This document shows, piece by piece, positions 30,201 to 39,200 of a stretch of DNA of 47,253 bases. Source of the DNA: a virus (lineage: Duplodnaviria > Caudoviricetes); IMG/VR virus record IMGVR_UViG_3300012952_000031, positions 1-47,253 of that record. The stretch is one strand, 5' to 3'. The first letter of the stretch is position 1. Every line of letters starts with the position of its first letter. The notes beneath the pieces are model-generated. The model was given only the letters and a program-made list of their open reading frames with translations, was not told the DNA's origin and searched no databases. Position numbers and translations under genes: made by a program.

Positions 30201-33200
30201 TAGCTGATGCTATACCAACGTTACAAGAAACTGTAGTTCCTGTTACAGCAGTAATTGCTATTGCTTGGTTATATGCAGGGTCAGTCGTTCTTGGATATGG
30301 ATGATCAGTAGCGTGATTATCTGCATCACAAGTAAAGGTTACCTTACCAGCACCAATTGTAATTGTGTCACTAGTTGTGTAGCTATGACCACCGATAGTT
30401 AATTCTAATATACCTGTTGTTGGATCGTAATCAGCGTCAGTTATATCTTCTTGAGTACCAGCAATTGTAACTGCATTTGTTACTGTACCACCGCTATAAA
30501 TGTGAGTTCCAACAGCAGCAGGACACTCAAAAGTTAATGAATCTGTAGCAAGTTTAATACTTGTACCTGTAGATAAATTATGAGAACCAATGGTTAATAC
30601 CATATCACCCGATGTAGGGTTATATGTAGCATTTGATACATCATAATTTACAATAGGTGATGCACCCACATCAATAGTAAATGTTCCACCTGACTGGTCT
30701 ACAGATTTAATTTGAACTGTTTCACCACTAATAGGATCGGATGAACGTGGGTAGGTTTTATTACCAGAACCCATTGTACAACTGAATATTAATGAATTAT
30801 CTGGGATTCTAACAAATTGACCAGTAGTGTAAGAATGAGCTCCAATATTCAATTCTAGAATACCTGTTGCTGGTGTATAAGTAGCATCACTAACAGTTTG
30901 TAATGTACCAGTAGCCATTCTTGCTACTGCTTCTTCAGCAACGAAAATCTTGTTATCTGATATTAGTTTTGCAGCATCAATAAAGGTATTTGCTACAGGG
31001 TTGTCGATATTGTAAGGATCAGCATATACACCAATTGAATTTTGTGTTGTTTCTACAAATGTATGTGTATAGTTACCACCAGAAATAATAGCATCGTTAG
31101 CAGCACTAATAAATCTGTGAGTGTAACCTCCACCACTAATTACTGCTCCAGGAAGTGATCCAAGATAGGTATGTGGAGTTACATTGGTAGAAGGAGCTGT
31201 ATTCAATACGTTAATGGTAATAGTACCAGCACCTTGATCAGAGGCCTTGATATTAATTGCAGTATCGTGGAATGGATCTTTCTTCTTACTAATACCATCA
31301 GCAACTGCTGAAACAAATACGTGAGTATTAGTATTTGTGGAAGGAATTGCATCTAAAACAGTAACTTCAAATACTGTAGTATCAGCCTGAGTGTTGGAAA
31401 CCTTTAACCATCTATCGTGTGGATAATCCGTTTCTCTAGGATATGTTTTTGTCTGACCACCAGATGCAGCACCAACATTAACTGTGATAGTACCAGCACC
31501 TTGATCTACAGCATCAATTGCAATTGCTGTATTATAAGCAGGATCTCCAATACGAGGATATGTGTGAGTAGTAGCATTACTGTCTGCATCACAAGTAAAT
31601 GCTATAGCGTTTGCAGCAATTAATACAGTATCGCTGGTTGATAGAGTATGAGTTCCAATTGTAAGAACCATTTCTCCATTAGAAGAATTATAATTTGCAC
31701 CAATGACATTGTAGTTAGTTCCACCAGAAGAAAGTGCATCAATAGAAGTTCCACCAACATATGTGTGGTTTGTAGTACCATAATCACAACTAAGTGATAA
31801 TGAACCATCAGCAAATTTAATCCAATCACCATCTACTAATCCGTGGTCACCAGTTGTGGTAACACTCATAATACCTGTTGTTGGATTATATGTTGTGCCA
31901 GTAGTTGCGGTTAATGGAACTGTAGCTGTTCTAGGATATGAATATGTTCCACTACCTTCTGTACAACTAAAGGTTATAGAAGCATCTCTTAACTTAATAC
32001 TTTCGTTTGTGTTTAAACTATGTGTACCAATAGTTAGAACCATATCACCCGTCTGAGGGTCATATTGAGCATCACTAACATTATGATTTACTAAAGGAGA
32101 AGAACCAACTTGAAGTGTAATCTTACCCTTTTCTAACTCGATAGCATTAGGTACTGAACTTACGTAAGTATGTGCATCAGTGTTAGTAGAAGGAATTGTA
32201 TCTAATACTGATATATCAAATGTATTAGTTTGTACATTTGAAATTGGCATAAACTTACCACTAATAGCATCAGTAGGACGTGGATATGCAGAACCAGGAG
32301 AACTTACACCAACATCAACTGTAATAGTTGTGCTACCTACTGCTTTAATTCCAATTGCTTTGTTGTATACAGGATCAGTAGAACGTGGATATGAATGATC
32401 AGAACCAAAGTTGTCTAGATCACATTGGAAAGTTAATGATCCAGCAGCAATAGTAATTGTATCTACAAGTGTAAGATTATGTCCAGCACCAATAGTTAAT
32501 ATTAAATCACCAGTGCTAGGAGTATACTGAGCATTGGTGACATCCATTTGAGAACCACCTGTGACAGTTATAGCATTGGTTGCTGTTCCACCTGTATAGT
32601 TGTGAGTTCCACCACCATAGGTACAACTAAATGTTATTCCACCATCAGCAATTTTAACTTTATCTCCATTCTCAAATCCGTGATCTGGAACGGTAACAGT
32701 CATAATACCTGTAGTACCACTATAAACTGCACCAGTAGCAGTATGGAAAGTAGATCCAGTACTTACGATATTAACAGCAGTATCAAAGTAAGGATCGGTT
32801 GTTCTAGGATAAGTCTTGACTGTAGCCTGATCATCCATCTCACAACTGAATGATAGTGAGTTAGGAGCAATCTTAACAGCAGTATTTGGTTTAAGGTTAT
32901 GAGATCCAATAGTTAATTCTAATAAACCTGTAACAGGATCATAGGAACCATCAGTAGGAGTATGAGTAATATTAGTTGTAGCACCTACATTAACAGTAAC
33001 ATCATCACCTGTCACATTTGTAATGGCCAAAGTTGACCTGTAAGCAGGATCACCCTGTCTTGGATAAGTCTTATCGCCAGTTCCCATTGTGCAACTAAAT
33101 TTTAGTGCATTATCAGCAATGGTTATGAAATCTTCTGTAGTAAGCTCGTGATTTGGTATAGTTAGTACAAATGTACCATTAGCAGGAGTGTATACTGCAT

Positions 33201-36200
33201 TAGAAGGTGTTAGACTGAAGTTAGATGTTGCTGCTCTCTGATAATCATATAGATTGTCTATACCAAACTTATTACGTACCGCAAGGATAGTCATATCCTT
33301 AAGATACTTCATAGCCCATAAAGTTGCTTCTACTTCACCCTCAATATGCTTAATATCAGAATTAGGATCTGAAGGATCTAACAAATACTCTTTAGCAGCA
33401 TCAAATGTATTACTATTACCACCTTGGATAAGGTCATTTGCCATTGCCCTAAGAACAGACTTAAGGTCAACAATACACTGATTTCTACCTAATCCTGGAT
33501 ATTGGAAATATTCAGGTTTGAATTTACTAGTATCATCCAATATACCAACTGATTCTTCTGCTAATACAGAAGCATTGTCTTTAATGATATTAGCAGCATC
33601 TAGATACTTGTTGCCTCGGAAATATCTCTTAGCAACGATTTCACCTCTTGCTCCAGAAGTTTGGCCAACAACAAAGTCATTTACTAACCAATTAGTTGCA
33701 TCACCAATATCTAATTCTACAATCTTACCAACTTGTCTTGGTGCTTCACTAAAGGTAATCTTACTAGTACCAATACCACCTGGTGTTAAAGTAAATGCAA
33801 CATCAGGTTCTTGTATAACACCATCTAAAGAAACGTATAAATGATCATTTTCGGTAATAGTAATACCAAGATCAAATTCTTTAGTAGTACCATCAAATTG
33901 AGAAGTGATATTAGTCGCTTCTAGCATCCATTCAGCATTATTAGTATCATCCTGGAATTTCATCGACTTTCCGTAGAAAGTTACACCAGGAACAGCAATA
34001 CCAGTACGATCATCAATATATGGTCCTAATGGCGGTGAAGCAAAGGTTATTGTCGATCCACTGATTGTATAAGCAGTATCAGGATCCTGTAAAACACCAT
34101 CTAAAGTAACGATTAATTGTCTTGCGTTATATGGAGATAGTACTTCATTGATATCTTTCTTGAATAATGTAAATTGAGTCGTACCAGTGATTACCCCATT
34201 AGACTGAATAGCACCATCAAATTCTGGTGATAGATCTAAGTCAAATACTTCAATTTCAACGTTATTCTGTTCACTATAGTTAATAGTTCCCTTACCACGT
34301 TGTTTCGACATAGAATCGACTCTAACGTGGGATTGAGTAATCTTTCTTGACTTATGAGAACAAGTAACACCCAAAACGCCTGGTTCTATAATACTAAGAA
34401 CAGCACCAAAGCCATTATCCTTAATACCCGATTGTGGAGTGTCAATGGTCTTAGGTTGCGTTCCATCACCTTCAGACTCGATTAAGACCTCTCCAAAGAG
34501 GTTAAATCCAGCAGGATGGGTAAAACGCTTAACAAAGTCTCTCCAGTCATTAATAGAGATTGTAGACTTAACTACGTAAGAATAATCTTGATAATAGACT
34601 CCATCTTGGACTTTCTGCGAAACTGCACTTAATTTACTTCTATCACTCGAATATGAACCAACTGAAGTACTTGTGGGTCCAATTTCAGGAACAATGTCTG
34701 CTACAAAGATTTTTTGGATACTTGCATAACTACGAAGTGTTTCACCGTAGATTTGATACCTAGAATCGAAGTTTCCGTAAATACCCTTCAAACGAAGAAT
34801 ATTAATACCATCAACCCAATAATCGACTCTACCAGAAGCAATTACGTCTCCACCAAGGTTTCTTTGCGTAATTAGCTCTCCATTCAAGAATGCCTTATCT
34901 GGCATATTGTTTAGAGTCATTACAATAGGTGGATTGACTTGTGGAGTCAATGTTGGGTCATTGTTGAAGTCTTTACCCGAAGATATGATTTCTAGAGTTG
35001 CTAACTTACCAATATCGTCTCCGTGAGCAAATAACTTGACATCAGATTCATAAAGACGTAAAGTAGTTGTATCAGCATAATCAATACCTTCAACTGTAGG
35101 AATAATACGGCCTACACTTCCATCTGATCTTAATTCAACATTAAACTTAGCATTTGCTCCATTTCCAATATTTTCAAGCAATACAACGGGTTTTGAGTAA
35201 TTTAATCCAGTATCAGTAACTGTAACAGATACAATTCTACCATCGATGATATTTGGAGTAAAAGCACCTCTAAAACGCTTATTTAAGAAGACACCAGGAA
35301 CTAAAGGTGGCATTGTATAGTTTTTACCACCACTAATGACTTTAACCCTCTTAATCGCTCCTACAGCGTATAGAGAGTCCGTATAATACTGAACGTTCGT
35401 AAATCCTTCATTTTGAGGAGTAGTAGTAAGCCTATAAGCAAACTCCATCTCATATCCATAAAAAACGGGATGTTTACCTGCAAATGGATCTTCCACAAGA
35501 GTAAAGAACTGATTTTCGCTATCAACCTTATCAGCTACCTCTCCATAATAAATTTTAGGAGGAATATCTAGTACAGGTGTACTATTCCAAGTAGATCCAT
35601 CTATAGGTATACCATATCCCAATTGGAATGTAGTAAACGATCCAGTAGCACCTGGTTTAGTCTCTGATTCAAAAGACTGTATTAAATCGGTAGTTTTATA
35701 AACATTTTCATAGAATTTAAGATTCCTGTTGAGTAGAGAGGTATCACTAGTGTCAAATAGGTAACGATATGTTCTTTGAATATCTAATGTAATATTTTTA
35801 TTCCATTCTGTCTCTCCATCCTTCCTAAACCTAAATTTCAAAGAAGTATCTGGAGCACTGGCTATAGAAACCTGTTTAGCAGGAGTACTACCATCTAAAA
35901 ATGCAGATGATGTAGTAATTACTGTATCACCTTCATTCTGATAATAAACAGTAAGGTCTTGAGTCTCAGAATTGTAAGAATCTACAAATGCAGTATTTCC
36001 ACCAAAGGATATACTAGCATCTTTCGTAAATCTATAAACATTAGATACTAACGTTACAGATACACCTTCTATATGATCTTCTGCTTCAGATCCATTGACA
36101 CCACGTCCTACAGTTATTTCGTTACCTGAAACACTAACAACTTCGCAGAACTCATCAGTAATTTGAACTATATCACCTGCTGAAAAACCAGATGCACTAG

Positions 36201-39200
36201 TAGTTAATATGACAGCATCAGATTTGGCACAACCAGCAGCATCGACAAAGAATGAGCAATCTTGACTATTAACGTTACCACCTAGTAAACTAGATTGTAT
36301 AGTTAAGATATTTCCGTAACCATACCCATCACCTTTATTTGCTATAATAAATGACTCTACGTGGCCACCAGCATTTGTAGTAAGGGTAATTGTTGCACCT
36401 TGACCAGTACCAGAAACATTATTAAGGCTAAGTCCAGCAAAAGTAGTTGATGGTGTAAATCCACTACCAGCATTAACTACAGTTAATCTAGCTACCCCAG
36501 ATCCATTGATATCAGTGACTTTTGTGGGTGCGTTTAATTTAAGTGTGTTGTATTTCTTAGTCTCTACATAATATTTCTGTGTAGAGATACTAGAATCAGG
36601 TTGAACGGTAACAATAACATCATCACCAACTGCTAAACCGTGTCTCTTGGTAGCAGTTTTAAGAACAGCAATATTATCTTCTACATCAAGTAATGTAAAT
36701 TCTTTAGATAAAGATCTAACATTTACAATAGTTGCCGAATCTTCACCAATAGCACAACCATTACCATTAGCAAAGAATCCAAGTTTATTATAAGATGTGC
36801 TAGGGATAGTAACAGTATTACCATCTACAACAGTAGTTAATAAATCTGGGTTAGCATTCTGTAATTCTACAATAACAGTATTTTTATCAAATACGTTCCG
36901 TAAGACCTTACCAATAGCAGCTTCGTGTGATACACCACCATCATTAACAGCATAAACAATTAATGATCCAACATCTGCTACAACAGTGTCGTCAAAGGTT
37001 ATATTGTAAATTTCTGTAGTTGAACCGATTGGATCAAATTTATTAAATGTTCCTGTAACGTTTTTAACTACAAATTTATTATCTTCTTCAATCTTACCTA
37101 TAACTGTTCCTGTAGCACCGCTATTATCCTGTGTAAGGACAGTATTGTGGTTTAAGTATACATTATCATTACAAGTAAGATAAACGTTCTTAGGAGTGTT
37201 ACAGGACAAGGATGCAACTTCTTGACCTTGAATTTGGTCTACAGCAGCAAATAGTCCATCTCCATTATCATTAATAGAATTATCAACATATAGAACGTCT
37301 TCATTCGTGAAATTGAAAGAAGACTGATGAACCTCAACATTTGTAATTGGCCCATACTCAATTCCACTAACTCTGGAAGTTAATAACTCTCCTGTCTTAT
37401 CATTTGCACTAACAGTCCTTCTACGGACTCCATTTGGTAAAAATGCTTGTCTAGACTTAGGTTTCCAGTTTTCTTCGATAGGAACGTTATAAAATGCCTC
37501 ACCAATTGTATATGGGAAGGTAGGTGCTTCCGTATCATCAGTAGTCATAAAATATGCATAGACACCATTGGGAAATTCAGGTGTTGTGCAAAAACGTCCA
37601 TTATTAGCATCTAGATCACCTAAACGCTCTTCAAATTCATAATCATTAGTAAAACGACCTAATGAGTAAGTTGTTGTGCTTGGTGCATCGGATATTCTAC
37701 TTGTTTTGAGTTTCCAACTGGATCCCATCCTTTTTATGGTAGGATTAGCAGCAGTAACGTCTTGATAAGCATTTTCGTATCCAAAACTACCATATATGGG
37801 ATTTCCATCATAAGCCCATCCCAATATTGGAGAATGACTCTTATTTGATAAAGGGTTACCTTGACCATCGACATTATCTATTCTTTGCACCTTTAAAGAA
37901 GAAGGAGCAATGATATGACCATATGCATAACCATAATTAGGGTCATTAGAGTCTTCTACGATACCAGAAGCATTTCCATTGTCAACAGACATCTCTAAGT
38001 ATCTGTTATACTCCCATCTAGTCAAAACGGCAGTTGCAGATGCCATTCTAGACCTAGGAACCAATGTGACAGTTGTAGAACTGTCCACATAGTCAAAACC
38101 GCCAGATTGCTTAGTGAATCCAGTAATCTTACCTGTTGTGACATCTATTTGACAGGTAAAGAGTGCACCACCACCTTTTCCACTAGAATCGTAGATAAAA
38201 ACGTCTGGTGGCTCTGTATAATCAGAACCAGCATCAATTATTTGTGCTTGAGAATTAACAGAGAGATAAATGTTGGCAATTTCACCTTGTTGAATCAAAA
38301 CAGTGAATAGACCTCCCGATCCACTGGTAAATGTGACATCTGGAGCACTGGTATACCCAGATCCAGAATGTGTAACATTAACAGCAGTAATTTCGCCTAA
38401 CCCATTAATTTCAGCAGTTGCAGTTGCACCACCTTCAATATTAACAGTAGGTGGAACACTATAATTCCTTCCTGGGTCAGTAATAGTAATTTTTTGAACT
38501 GAACCGTAATCTAAACCTCTTTCTGACTTATGATTAAGTATAGGAACACCATTAACCAAAACACCAACTTCTTTTGAGGTCGTAATGTTCTTAGAACTAG
38601 CCTCTATTGGTTTTCTAGGTAAAATCTTAAGATATTCTTGATCTTGAGGTGTTTGAATATTGTCAAATGGTCCAATAGCATAAGATGGGAATCCAGAAGA
38701 CGCAATATAGTAATTTTCAGCATCTCTATAGATTGCAGAGACATCTGAAAGAAGTTTATCTTTAATATTGTTAGTTCCTACGTTACTTGGGTCGGAACCA
38801 ATTAATTTTGAGAAATTTTCATTAATAATCCATTCATTAGATAATGGTAAGTCATCAGAAAATCCAGATGACCTAAATTCAACCATATTGTTGAAATTAA
38901 CGTATGGAATACCACCACTAGCTACATCAAAGTAGTTGTCTGCGGTTTCATCATACTCTAGACCAGAACTTGCCTCTGGTTCAATACCTTTAGACTTTAA
39001 TCCAGATACAAGACCGTATATACGGAGATGCACTTCACCAGAAACTCCATTTTCGTTCCAATGACCAACTAGGTTGTTTTTAGTGAAGGCTCTAACTAAT
39101 TTCTTATGTGTGTACTCCTGTTTGTTCTGACTATTAACAGCATCCCTCTCTTTTATGATAAATTGAGTTGCAGTTTTACTGCTATAGGTAATTTCTTCAA

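Noticed and set aside
28000-33230. CRISPR-like or non-coding DNA repeat array
   Set aside because: The repeats are in-frame, diverged at synonymous positions and conserved at protein level.
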